64,000 nucleotides of DNA, taken from assembly GCA_958296105.1 (NCBI GenBank), contig OY282441.1:405800-469799 (forward strand), given 5' to 3'. The position numbers and the translations under genes are program-made. Below the pieces are notes generated by a model, which saw nothing but the letters and a program-made list of their open reading frames with translations, made no database searches and was not told the origin of the DNA. Below, one piece after another: positions 19,219 to 29,020 of this stretch (positions are counted from its first letter, which is position 1; each line of letters opens with the position of its first letter). This stretch comes from an uncultured Dehalococcoidia bacterium (lineage in GTDB: Bacteria; Chloroflexota; Dehalococcoidia; Lucifugimonadales; UBA1123).

Positions 19219-20877
19219 CTATTCCCACTCTATCGTTCCCGGTGGCTTGCTCGTTATGTCGTACACCACGCGGTTGACCCCGGCGACCTCGTTGGATATT
19301 CGGCTCGACATCCTTGCCAAGACTTCGTAGGGCAGACGCGCCCAGTCCGCGGTCATGGCGTCGTCGCTTGTGACTGCGCGAATGGCTATCACGTCTCCGT
19401 ATGTTCTGAAGTCGCCGGTCACGCCCACCGAGCGCGAGCCTGTCAGCACCGCGAAGCACTGCCACATCTCACGGTAGAGACCGTTTCGCTCGATCTCGTC
19501 CATCACGATTCGGTCGGCGGCGCGCAGCGTTTCCAGCGCGGAGCGCGTAGCCTCTCCGACTATCCTAATCGCAAGGCCGGGTCCGGGGAACGGCTGGCGG
19601 TGAACTATCTCTTCGCTCAGGCCCAGCTCCAGCCCAACGTCTCTCACCTCGTCCTTGAACAGGTATCTCAGCGGCTCGACCAGGTCCATTCGCATATGCT
19701 CTGGAAGGCCGCCAACGTTGTGGTGAGACTTGATCTTGGCGGACACTTCATCGCCCGGCGACTGGCTTTCTATGACATCGGGATACAGCGTACCCTGCGC
19801 CAGATAGTCCACCTCTCCGAGCCGCGCCGCCTCCTCCTCGAACACCTCGATGAACTCCTCGCCTATGATCTTGCGCTTGGCCTCCGGGTCGGTCACGCCT
19901 CGGAGCGCAGACAGGAAGCGCTCCGAGGCGTCTACATAGGTCAGATTCATGGACATGTGCCTGCCGAACGTCTCGCGCACGCGCTCAGGCTCGCGGTGGC
20001 GCAAGAGACCGTTGTCGACGAAGATGCACGTGAGTCTGTCGCCAATGGCGCGATGCACGAGCAGGGCAGCCACAGCCGAATCCACTCCCCCCGAAAGCGC
20101 GCAGATCACCCTGCCGCCGCCGACCTGAGCGCGAATGGATTCTACCGTCTCGTTAACGAAGTTTCCGGGCGTCCACGAGCCGGAGCATCCGCAGACGTCG
20201 AACAGGAAGTTTCGTATGAGCTGCCTGCCTTCGACAGTGTGGACGACTTCCGGGTGGAACTGGATTCCCAGCCTGCCGCCGCCGTCTCCGAGCGCGGCTA
20301 TGGGGGAGTTGTCCGTATGCGCCAGCGCTGAGAAGCCGGACGGCAGCTCGGCTATGTTGTCGCCGTGACTCATCCAGACCTGCGAGCTGGAGGACATGCC
20401 GCGAAAGATCGGCGCGTCGCTGACGCTCTGGCGCAGCTCCGCGTAGCCGTACTCCCTGCGCGAAGCGGGGGCAACCTTTCCCCCAAGCTGGTGGACCATC
20501 GCCTGCATACCGTAGCATATGCCCAGCACGGGCAGACCCGATTCATAGACCCACTCCGGAGCAAGGGGGGCGCCATCCTCGTAAACGCTCGCAGGCCCGC
20601 CCGAGAGTATGACGCCGCGCGGACTCAGGCGCTCGACGGTCTCCCAAGGGGCGGTGTGGGGCGCAAGCTCGCAGTACACGTTCGATTCTCGCACCCTGCG
20701 CGCTATCAGGCGCGAGTACTGCGAGCCGAAGTCGATGATGACGACCGTCTCCCTAGACGGGGCAGGCTCGGCGGTCCGAGGACGCGCCCTTGCGACCTCG
20801 CTCGTATGTGTCTCCCCATCCAGTCGGTCACTGGCCGAATCTGTACGGATGGGGGATTCCGAGTAAGTGGAAGGCAT
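19219..20877 (-). CDS. guaA: GMP synthase (glutamine-hydrolysing)
   Basis: GATase ([23 protein letters not shown]), SGGVDS PP-loop, C-terminal PPGTIEWE. It carries an extra N-terminal extension of about 45 aa, so the start is uncertain. Confidence 0.95.
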   Translation of the reverse strand: MPSTYSESPIRTDSASDRLDGETHTSEVARARPRTAEPAPSRETVVIIDFGSQYSRLIARRVRESNVYCELAPHTAPWETVERLSPRGVILSGGPASVYEDGAPLAPEWVYESGLPVLGICYGMQAMVHQLGGKVAPASRREYGYAELRQSVSDAPIFRGMSSSSQVWMSHGDNIAELPSGFSALAHTDNSPIAALGDGGGRLGIQFHPEVVHTVEGRQLIRNFLFDVCGCSGSWTPGNFVNETVESIRAQVGGGRVICALSGGVDSAVAALLVHRAIGDRLTCIFVDNGLLRHREPERVRETFGRHMSMNLTYVDASERFLSALRGVTDPEAKRKIIGEEFIEVFEEEAARLGEVDYLAQGTLYPDVIESQSPGDEVSAKIKSHHNVGGLPEHMRMDLVEPLRYLFKDEVRDVGLELGLSEEIVHRQPFPGPGLAIRIVGEATRSALETLRAADRIVMDEIERNGLYREMWQCFAVLTGSRSVGVTGDFRTYGDVIAIRAVTSDDAMTADWARLPYEVLARMSSRISNEVAGVNRVVYDITSKPPGTIEWE

Positions 20878-21152
20878 GAGTGCGGTCGGACTTCAGGTTA
20901 ACGAATCCGCAACGCTTGGGTCAAGATTGGAAGCGTCAGCGCAGCCATAGGCCCAGCTGGAAGACGGCGTGATCGTCACAGGCGCTTCGCCAAGCGCCGA
21001 TGGTGGATGCTGACGTGGGAGGGAAATGAAGAGCGGCGGCCCGCCTTCTCCGAGATCGTCGAGTGTGGCGAATACAGCGTCGACCCCCCAGAGGGGTGTA
21101 CAGTATCGAAGGCGCGTCTCGGCTGGGAAGGATTCGCCGACCGATTTTTCGC

Positions 21153-21533
21153 TTATCCGAAAGGCTTGGGACGCGGTACGGGACTGATGAGATGGCCGCT
21201 CTCGCTGTCTCTCGACGTGTTGGCGATATTCTCAGTTCGAGTTATTAACCAATATACGACCGTATTACCAGTGTCAACGCTGTAATAGACCGTTTTGTTA
21301 GCCTGTTTATCCACTTTAGACATACCACGACGGCCTTTTACTTCGAAGACGCTGCTGAGCTTGCCGCCTCGCTCCGGCAGCTCGGATCGCCAATCGAGTC
21401 TTGCAAGCTCTTTACGCTTGTGTTTGCTATTGGGCTGTCGATTGCCCTCGCCCGGCTTCTCGATCGCATCGAAGGCTTCAGAACAGAACTCCGATGCCCT
21501 GTCTGCGCTATACTGAATAGCGAGATTCCACAT
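21153..21533 (-). CDS. hypothetical ORF across a low-GC patch
   Basis: Open frame only. No recognisable family and no Shine-Dalgarno. Confidence 0.2.
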   Translation of the reverse strand: MWNLAIQYSADRASEFCSEAFDAIEKPGEGNRQPNSKHKRKELARLDWRSELPERGGKLSSVFEVKGRRGMSKVDKQANKTVYYSVDTGNTVVYWLITRTENIANTSRDSESGHLISPVPRPKPFG

Positions 21534-21553
21534 TCGCGCAGGAGGGAAAGCGC

Positions 21554-22195
21554 ATGTCGCATATCGAATCGAGCTCCGCCGTACTGTCTGCGTGCGTCGA
21601 GCGGGCAGCGCGGATACTCCGCGAAGACGGCGTTATCGCTGCTCCCACCGATACCCTCTACGGGATACTGGCGAACGCGCTCAGCGAGCGCGCCGCCGCC
21701 AAGGTGTTCGCCGCCAAGCTGCGCGCAGACTCCAGCCCGCTCCCCATATTCGTCTCGGAAATCGAAGATCTGTCCGAGTACGGGAGAGACGTTCCCGACT
21801 TCGCCTACCGCCTTGCGTCGGAGTTCTGGCCAGGGAAGCTGACCATCGTCGTTCCCAAGTCCGAGCGCGTCCCCGCTCTGGTATCCGGAGGACTGGACAC
21901 TGTTGGAATGCGGATTCCCGGCCACCCCGTCCCCAGGTCGATAGTCTCTGCGCTCGGCGCGCCCGTCACCGCTACCAGCGCGAACGTGAGCGGGAGCGCG
22001 CCGATGACGTCCGCCTCGGACGTGGCGCGCGAGCTGGGCGGTCGGCTCAACCTCGTGTTCGACGGCGGCCAGCTCGCGCCTTCGCCGCCGTCAACGGTCA
22101 TAGATACCACCGTCACGCCGCCGAAGATACTGAGAAGCGGCGCGATTCCGCTCGAGCGCATCGAGCGAATGACAGGCGTATCCCTAGACGTGTAG
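21554..22195 (+). CDS. tsaC: L-threonylcarbamoyladenylate synthase (TsaC/YwlC/Sua5 domain)
   Basis: APTDTLYGI, PGKLTIVVPK, VGMRIPGHP and ATSANVSG. AGGAGGG lies upstream. Confidence 0.85.
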   Translation: MSHIESSSAVLSACVERAARILREDGVIAAPTDTLYGILANALSERAAAKVFAAKLRADSSPLPIFVSEIEDLSEYGRDVPDFAYRLASEFWPGKLTIVVPKSERVPALVSGGLDTVGMRIPGHPVPRSIVSALGAPVTATSANVSGSAPMTSASDVARELGGRLNLVFDGGQLAPSPPSTVIDTTVTPPKILRSGAIPLERIERMTGVSLDV

Positions 22196-22227
22196 AATCC
22201 CATCCGAACCCACCCTTTCCGATCCAG

Positions 22228-23256
22228 ATGCAAGGTGAGAACTTGGTTGCGCAGCCCCTCATCCACGAATACAGCCTGATGGTGGACGACGAGCTGAAGC
22301 GTGTGGTCTCAGGCCGCGCCCTGCCGCTCTACTACATGATGGAACACCATCTGGGTTGGGGGACTGCGGACGACCCAGCCCCCTCGCCGAAGCTCAGGCC
22401 GCTCGGCGCGCTTTGCGTCGCCAGCTGCGGCGCGCTCGGCGGGGACGCCGCAGCCGCGCTGCCACTCGCCGCCTCGATAGAGCTGGTCCAGAACTTCTGC
22501 GACATCCACGACGATATCCAGAGTGGAAGGGTGGCGCGAGACGGTCGAGATACCGTGTGGTGGAAGTGGGGTCCGGCGCAGGCGATCAACGCCGGAGACG
22601 GAATGCACGCGCTGGCGCGGCTGGCGCTTCTCGGCCTTCGGGACATCGGGTTCGAGTCCGACGCCGTCTTCGATGCGGTCAGGCTGCTGGACGAAGCCAG
22701 CCTAGCCACCTGCGAGGGGAGGTTCGCGGACCTGGAGGCGCAGGAGCGCTTGGACATGACTTCGGACGCATATCTGAGCATGGCTGCTGCCAAGACCGGC
22801 TCCCTGTGGGCGGGCGCGATGGAGTTCGGCGCGCTGGCGGCGGGCGCGGATGGCCAAGCCAGAAAGCAGCTCGCCGAGGCCGGAGCGAAGCTCGGGGCTG
22901 CGCTGCAGATCGGCCAAGACACTCGCCATCTGCTGGACGCTTTGGGCGGCAGCGCGCCACCCTCCGAGGACTTCATGAACAAGAAGAAGATGTATCCAGT
23001 AGTCCTAGCCTTCGAGATGGCCTCTCCCTCACAGCGAAGGCGGCTGGGAGACTACTACTTCAAGCGCGTTCTGGAGCCGTCCGACCTGCGCGGCCTATCC
23101 GCCATGGTCGAGGAGACAGGCGCATTGGACAGGGCGGAGCGTGCCGCGAAGTCGCTGATGGACGATGCGCTCGGCGCGCTGAGGATCGGGGCGGGTGCGC
23201 TCGGCGACACGGATGAGATCGAGAACGTCATTCGCCAGATTTGCAAGGTGGGCTGA
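22228..23256 (+). CDS. polyprenyl synthetase family protein with degenerate Asp-rich motifs
   Basis: Fold-level pattern AASIELVQNFCDIHDDIQSGRVARDGRDTVWWKWGPAQAINAGD. The second motif reads LQIGQDTRHLLD instead of FQxxDDxxD. Confidence 0.7.
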   Translation: MQGENLVAQPLIHEYSLMVDDELKRVVSGRALPLYYMMEHHLGWGTADDPAPSPKLRPLGALCVASCGALGGDAAAALPLAASIELVQNFCDIHDDIQSGRVARDGRDTVWWKWGPAQAINAGDGMHALARLALLGLRDIGFESDAVFDAVRLLDEASLATCEGRFADLEAQERLDMTSDAYLSMAAAKTGSLWAGAMEFGALAAGADGQARKQLAEAGAKLGAALQIGQDTRHLLDALGGSAPPSEDFMNKKKMYPVVLAFEMASPSQRRRLGDYYFKRVLEPSDLRGLSAMVEETGALDRAERAAKSLMDDALGALRIGAGALGDTDEIENVIRQICKVG

Positions 23257-24452
23257 TGCCTCGCAAGAAGAGCCTGCGAGATGTTCCCTTCGAGCCGGGC
23301 GCGCGTGTCATCGTCAGGGTCGATTACAACGTTCCGCTCCATGCGCGCACCCGCGCCATCTCGGACGACAGCCGCATCCGCGAATCTCTGCCGACCATTC
23401 GCTATCTCAGAGAGCGCGGCTGCCGCGTTGCGCTATGCTCCCACTTGGGAAGGCCCAAAGGCAGAAGGGACGAGGCGCAGAGCCTGAAGCCGGTGGCGCG
23501 CCGTCTGTCCCAGATGCTGAGCGGCGAAGCGCGCTTCGTGGAAGATTGCGTGGGAGACGAGGCAGAGGCGGCGGTCGAGAGCATGGCGTCGGGCGAAGTG
23601 TCCTTGCTGGAAAACCTGCGCTTTCACCACGGCGAGGAGTCCAACGACCCCGATTTCGCCCGAAGTCTGGCGCGGCTGGCAGACTATTATGTCAACGACG
23701 GCTTCGGCGCCGCCCACAGACGGCACGCCTCCACCGCTGCCATAACCGATCTCCTGCCCTCCGCGGCGGGCTTTCTCATGGAGCGCGAGATCGAGGCGCT
23801 CAGGCAGGTCACGGAACGCCCGCGCCACCCCTACGCGGTCGCCATCGGCGGCGCGAAGGTCGCAGACAAGATAGCGGTCATTGAAAACCTGTTCGAGAAG
23901 GTGGACACGTTTCTGATAGGGGGGGGCATGGCTGCATCGTTCCTCTCTGCCGCAGGCGCGATTCCCTACGCGGCGGGCGTGGACTGCCAAGACGTGAAGC
24001 TGGCGAGCCATATCATGGATCTGGCCGATGCTCGGGGGGGCGAGATCGCGCTGCCCACGGACGTCGTCGTCAGCGACAGGTTCGCAGCCGATGCCGAGCC
24101 GATGACGGCGCGGGTAGGGGAGATTCCACCGAGCAGCAGCATCATGGACATCGGCCCGCAGACGGTGCGGGAGTACCGCGACAGGCTTGCACAGGCTGGA
24201 ACGGTGGTGTGGAACGGCCCGATGGGAGTTTTCGAGTGGGCGCGATTTGCGCAGGGAACGCGCGGCATAGCCCACGCAATCGCCGATCTCGACTCTGCCT
24301 ACAGTGTGGTCGGCGGTGGATCGACCGCCGACGCCGTGAGGTCGCTTCATCTCGCAGGCCGATTCTCGCACGTGTCCACCGGCGGCGGCGCGACTCTCGA
24401 ATACCTAGAGGGCAGGGATCTGCCCGGCATCGCCGCTCTGCCGGACGTGTGA
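23256..24452 (+). CDS. pgk: phosphoglycerate kinase
   Basis: RVDYNVP, SHLGRP and GGGDS-type C-terminus (VVGGGSTA). The ATG shares 1 nt with the upstream stop. Confidence 0.95.
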   Translation: MPRKKSLRDVPFEPGARVIVRVDYNVPLHARTRAISDDSRIRESLPTIRYLRERGCRVALCSHLGRPKGRRDEAQSLKPVARRLSQMLSGEARFVEDCVGDEAEAAVESMASGEVSLLENLRFHHGEESNDPDFARSLARLADYYVNDGFGAAHRRHASTAAITDLLPSAAGFLMEREIEALRQVTERPRHPYAVAIGGAKVADKIAVIENLFEKVDTFLIGGGMAASFLSAAGAIPYAAGVDCQDVKLASHIMDLADARGGEIALPTDVVVSDRFAADAEPMTARVGEIPPSSSIMDIGPQTVREYRDRLAQAGTVVWNGPMGVFEWARFAQGTRGIAHAIADLDSAYSVVGGGSTADAVRSLHLAGRFSHVSTGGGATLEYLEGRDLPGIAALPDV

Positions 24453-24458
24453 CACCCC

Positions 24459-25664
24459 ATGATCGACTTCCCGTTTCTCAGCGACATATGCCAGCCGACC
24501 GATTCGCGTATCGTTCTCCTCGTGGTGGACGGACTCGGAGGCCTTCCGCATCCCGATACGGGCATGACCGAGCTGCAAACCGCGCGCACGCCCAATCTCG
24601 ACAGTCTCGCCGCTCGAAGCGTATGCGGGGTGACGACGCCAGTCGCGCCCGGCATCACTCCCGGCAGTGGCCCCGGACATCTGGCGCTGTTCGGCTACGA
24701 TCCCATGAAGTACGTGATCGGGCGCGGTGTCTTGGAGGCGCTCGGCATCGGCATGGACCTCGGCCCTAATGACGTGGCCATCCGCTGCAACTTCTGCACG
24801 GTCGACGAGCGCGGACGGCTGACTGATCGCAGGGCAGGGAGGATCCCCTCCTCGGAGTCCGCTCCTCTGGTCGAACAGCTGGCGGCTATCACCATCCCCG
24901 GAGTCGAGGTCATTGTACGGCCCGTTCAGGACTATCGCTTCGTGGTCGTGTTCAGGGGAGACGGGCTGAGCGAGGACGTGGCGGATACCGACCCGCAGCG
25001 GGTTGGTATCGAGCCGCTCGATCCGATGTGCAAGACGGCCGCCGCTTCATACACGGCGGACGCGGCGCGGCGCTTCGTACAGGCTGCGCGCGACCTGCTC
25101 GGCGCGAGACGAACGGCAAACATGATCCTGATGCGTGGTTTTGCCAGCAAGCCCGACTGGCCTGCGTTCGGCGACCGATACAAGCTCACCCCCGGCGCGG
25201 TCGCGGCATATCCGATGTACAGGGGGCTGGCAAGCCTCGTTGGTATGGACGTCGTCCCAACGGGCGACGACTTCGACGCCGAGATCGAAACGGTCTCTAG
25301 CCATATGGACGACTACGATTACGTCTTCCTGCACTACAAGCCCGCAGACACCGCAGGAGAAGATGGGGACTTCGACGCCAAAGTTCGCTCGCTGGAATAT
25401 CTCGATATGCGTATTCCGGCTTTGCTGGATCTTGGGGCGGATGTCCTAGCGGTGGCAGGCGACCACTCGACCCCCTCGACTCTTGGCGCGCACAGCTGGC
25501 ATCCGGTGCCGGCGCTGATCAGCTCCGACTCCACACGACACCTAGGCGCACCCGAATTCAGCGAGAGGGCGTGCGCAGCCGGCTATATCGGACACATCCC
25601 AGCCTCGTCCCTGATGCTGCATCTGATGGCACATGCGGGTAAGCTCGACAAGTTTGGAGCGTAA
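24459..25664 (+). CDS. apgM: cofactor-independent phosphoglycerate mutase, archaeal (ApgM) type
   Basis: LLVVDGLGG, DRRAGRI and GDHSTP motifs. It sits between pgk and tpiA. Confidence 0.85.
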   Translation: MIDFPFLSDICQPTDSRIVLLVVDGLGGLPHPDTGMTELQTARTPNLDSLAARSVCGVTTPVAPGITPGSGPGHLALFGYDPMKYVIGRGVLEALGIGMDLGPNDVAIRCNFCTVDERGRLTDRRAGRIPSSESAPLVEQLAAITIPGVEVIVRPVQDYRFVVVFRGDGLSEDVADTDPQRVGIEPLDPMCKTAAASYTADAARRFVQAARDLLGARRTANMILMRGFASKPDWPAFGDRYKLTPGAVAAYPMYRGLASLVGMDVVPTGDDFDAEIETVSSHMDDYDYVFLHYKPADTAGEDGDFDAKVRSLEYLDMRIPALLDLGADVLAVAGDHSTPSTLGAHSWHPVPALISSDSTRHLGAPEFSERACAAGYIGHIPASSLMLHLMAHAGKLDKFGA

Positions 25665-25699
25665 CTTTCGGCTGGATTATAAAATCGAGATATTGATAT

Positions 25700-26461
25700 A
25701 TGTCGTCTTTGACCATCATCGGCAATTGGAAGATGAATACCACCCCATCGACGGCCCGGATCCTTGCGGCTGAAATCCGTGATCGGCTGCGCACGGACGG
25801 AGAGACTGATACGCTCGTCGTACTCTGTCCGCCTGCCATCGCTCTCGAATCCGTCTCAGGCGCGCTGAACGGCTCCGGGATCGCTGTGGGCGTGCAGAAC
25901 ATCTATCCGTCGACCAGCGGCGCGTTCACTGGGGAGGTATCCCCGCAGATGGCGCGAGAGCTCGCCGAGTTCGTGATAGTAGGCCACTCCGAGCGGCGCG
26001 AGCTGTTTGGAGAGTCGGACGAGTTCGTTGGCAGGAAGGTCGCCGCCGCGTCCGAAGCCGGGCTGAGGCCCATACTCTGCGTCGGCGAATCCCTCGATAT
26101 CAGAAGGTCTGGTCACGCCGAGCGGTTCGTATCCGATCAGCTGCTCGAAGGCGTGTCCCGCTTGGACAACGCCTCCGGTCTCATAGTCGCATACGAGCCG
26201 GTCTGGGCAATCGGAACCGGAGAGTCGGCTACCCCGGAGATTACGCAGATGATGCTGGCGACGCTCCGCCACGCTCTGGTCTCTCGATTTGGGGAGCAGG
26301 CCGCTTCCGTGCCGCACCTTTACGGGGGGAGTGTGAACGCCGACAATATCCGCGACCTCGTGCGCCAACCCGACATCGACGGCGCCCTGATCGGAGGCGC
26401 TAGCTTGTCTGCCGAGTCGTTCGCGGCGATAGTCAAGAACGCGGCTGAAATTTGCGCCTAG
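25700..26461 (+). CDS. tpiA: triose-phosphate isomerase
   Basis: GNWKMN, VGHSERR, AYEPVWAIGTG and GGASL. Confidence 0.95.
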   Translation: MSSLTIIGNWKMNTTPSTARILAAEIRDRLRTDGETDTLVVLCPPAIALESVSGALNGSGIAVGVQNIYPSTSGAFTGEVSPQMARELAEFVIVGHSERRELFGESDEFVGRKVAAASEAGLRPILCVGESLDIRRSGHAERFVSDQLLEGVSRLDNASGLIVAYEPVWAIGTGESATPEITQMMLATLRHALVSRFGEQAASVPHLYGGSVNADNIRDLVRQPDIDGALIGGASLSAESFAAIVKNAAEICA

Positions 26462-26656
26462 CGCGCGCTTCGAGCTGACAATCCCGGACGGCGAGCGGAT
26501 GGGATCACAAGACTGACAGGGTAGGGCAAATCGGGCAGTCGCTCGCCCTGAATCTGTCGAAGGATGTCTGAGCTTTCGGGCTTCGGCCCGCGCTGGAACG
26601 ACCTTGTCAGCGCTGGAGGTAGGGGAGTGGGCGACGCCGCGGAGACCCCCAAGCAC

Positions 26657-27610
26657 ATGGATTGCGACGAGGTGCGCCGTGATCGGCTGCTCGTCATCGT
26701 CGGCCAGACAGCGGTCGGCAAGACCGAGATGGCTCTGAGGCTAGCCGAGCGACTGCCCATCGAGGTGATAAGCGCAGACAGCAGGCAGGTCTATCGTCTC
26801 ATGGATATAGGGACCGCCAAGCCTGCGCCGGCGCAGCTCGCGGAAGTGCGCCACCACCTGATCGACGTCGTGGATCCAGATGACGAGTTCAGCCTAGCCG
26901 AGTTCGTATCTGCGGCAAAAACAGCAATCGAAAACGCAAATCTAACAGGAAAACTGCCTGTTTTGGTGGGAGGAACAGGGCAATACGTAATGGCTGTTCT
27001 GGAAGGATGGAACGTTCCCACCGTGCCTCCGAACCCCGAGCTGAGGCGGACGCTCGATGATCTGATGCGCTCGGACGGCCTGCCTCCGCTGGTCGAGCGA
27101 CTGCGCCGCCTTGATCCTGTCGCCCTGCAAACGGTCGATATCAAGAATCCGCGTCGTGTGATCAGAGCGATCGAGCTGGCTGTCGCCGGACATCGCCGCG
27201 CCGAGCGGCGCGCCCCGAATAGGAAGCCTGCTTTCGACTCTCTGGTCGTTGGACTCCACATGGAGCGTCCCGATCTGTACCGTCGAATAGACGACCGAGT
27301 CGAGCGGATGATCAGCCAAGGGTTCGTGGAAGAGGTGGAAATGCTTCTGGATTCAGGTTACGATCGTACTCTGCCATCCATGTCCGGCATCGGATATCGT
27401 GAGCTTGCGGACTACTTGGCGAACCGCTCGGACCTCGAACACGCTGTCAGCAGGACCAAGTTCAGAACCCATCGCTACGCGCGGCAGCAGTCGAGCTGGT
27501 TCAGGAGAGACGACCCCAGAATCGAGTGGTCAGAAGTATCGGAGATGGATTCAGCGCTCGAGGTCGCGCATACTTGGGCAAGCGCGCGCGGCAGGCACAT
27601 AAGCAATTAA
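26657..27610 (+). CDS. miaA: tRNA dimethylallyltransferase
   Basis: GQTAVGKT P-loop, ISADSRQVYR and GGTGQY. The ORF track opens at 26564; the ATG at 26657 gives a normal length. Confidence 0.9.
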   Translation: MDCDEVRRDRLLVIVGQTAVGKTEMALRLAERLPIEVISADSRQVYRLMDIGTAKPAPAQLAEVRHHLIDVVDPDDEFSLAEFVSAAKTAIENANLTGKLPVLVGGTGQYVMAVLEGWNVPTVPPNPELRRTLDDLMRSDGLPPLVERLRRLDPVALQTVDIKNPRRVIRAIELAVAGHRRAERRAPNRKPAFDSLVVGLHMERPDLYRRIDDRVERMISQGFVEEVEMLLDSGYDRTLPSMSGIGYRELADYLANRSDLEHAVSRTKFRTHRYARQQSSWFRRDDPRIEWSEVSEMDSALEVAHTWASARGRHISN

Positions 27611-27629
27611 GTTTATACAGGAGTCAGAG

Positions 27630-28472
27630 ATGCGCTTTGCCAAGCTCCACGGGGCGGGAAACGACTACATATACATGGACGCACGCGGTCAGGAACGGGA
27701 CTGGAACGAGATCGCCAGACGAGTTAGCGACCGACACTTCGGCATCGGCGCTGACGGCCTCATACTTCTCAGAGAGTCCAATTCCGGGGACGCCAAGATG
27801 CAGATGTTCAATGCCGACGGCTCCGAGGGGATGATGTGCGGTAACGGTATTCGCTGCTTTGTGCGTTTCGGTTTGGATGGTAACGCTCTCGATTCTGCCT
27901 TGAATTCCTTTGATATCGAGACAGCCTCGGGCGTGCTGAAAGTTCGCCCAATCTGGGAGAACGGCGAGATGAGCCGCGCTTCGGTCAGCATGGGAGCGCC
28001 AATTCTCGCACCCTTGGACATTCCCGCAGCCGCTCCCAGTGGGTTGGATCGCCTCATCGACCACCCGCTGACAGTGAGCGGAGACGAGATACTGGTGAGC
28101 TGCGTCTCCATGGGAAATCCCCACGCGGTGCACTTTTTGGACACCCCCGTCGAAGAGTACCAGCTGACAGTCATCGGGCCAGTCGTCGAACGTCACGCCA
28201 TGTTTCCCGACCGCGTGAATTACGAGATTGTCAATGTCCTAGACCGCGACCGAATCAGAGTGAGGGTCTGGGAACGCGGATCGGGCATCACCTTGGCGTG
28301 CGGCACAGGCGCGTGCGCCGCTGTGGTGGCAGGGAGGCTGAAGGGCCTGCTGGATGACAGTGTGGCAGTGGAGCTGCCCGGAGGAGAGCTGCTCGTGTCA
28401 TGGCCCGGCGAAGGCGGAGTCGTACTCGAAGGTCCGGTTGCGCGAGTGTTCGAGGGAGAGTGGCCGGACTGA
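27630..28472 (+). CDS. dapF: diaminopimelate epimerase
   Basis: FAKLHGAGNDY, NADGSEGMMCGNG and ACGTGACA. Confidence 0.95.
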   Translation: MRFAKLHGAGNDYIYMDARGQERDWNEIARRVSDRHFGIGADGLILLRESNSGDAKMQMFNADGSEGMMCGNGIRCFVRFGLDGNALDSALNSFDIETASGVLKVRPIWENGEMSRASVSMGAPILAPLDIPAAAPSGLDRLIDHPLTVSGDEILVSCVSMGNPHAVHFLDTPVEEYQLTVIGPVVERHAMFPDRVNYEIVNVLDRDRIRVRVWERGSGITLACGTGACAAVVAGRLKGLLDDSVAVELPGGELLVSWPGEGGVVLEGPVARVFEGEWPD

Positions 28473-29020
28473 CGGCTCGAATCGGACGAAATTCTGGTCT
28501 TTTGAGTCTAAGTTAGCTTGCTCCGAGAGCAACAATGCAACACCCAAGTTCGACTGTTGCCGTCTGTCTCCCGGATCACTTCTCGATGATCCGAAGGCAG
28601 TGGAAGGCGGATACAGTATGAGAGATTTACCAAACTACGGATGCCAGAAGTGAACTATTCCGACCGAATCACCCTGTAAGTTATGGAGTACGTCCGCAGA
28701 GACCCATATGACCGACTCGATTGTGGAGAGCTTGGAAAGCGGGCTGTGGAGGCTGTATGCTGTATTTTAGTTTCGGTTAGCTATGTAGGGACGACCGAAT
28801 CCAGCGCCGATTTGTCTTCGGCGCCTGGCCAACTCCGACAGCCCGATTCTTGAGTCGGAATCTTGGCGTGGTCAAGTATGTTAGCCTCATTGCGCGGAAT
28901 CCTGAACCACTCTGAGGGCGTGTTTTCGTCCAGTCCTGTGTCTCGTCCAGAGCTTTTCTTTACCTTGAGCGCAGGTTGACTTACCATGTAATCATCGCCC
29001 AATTCTCACTGGGAGCAGCC

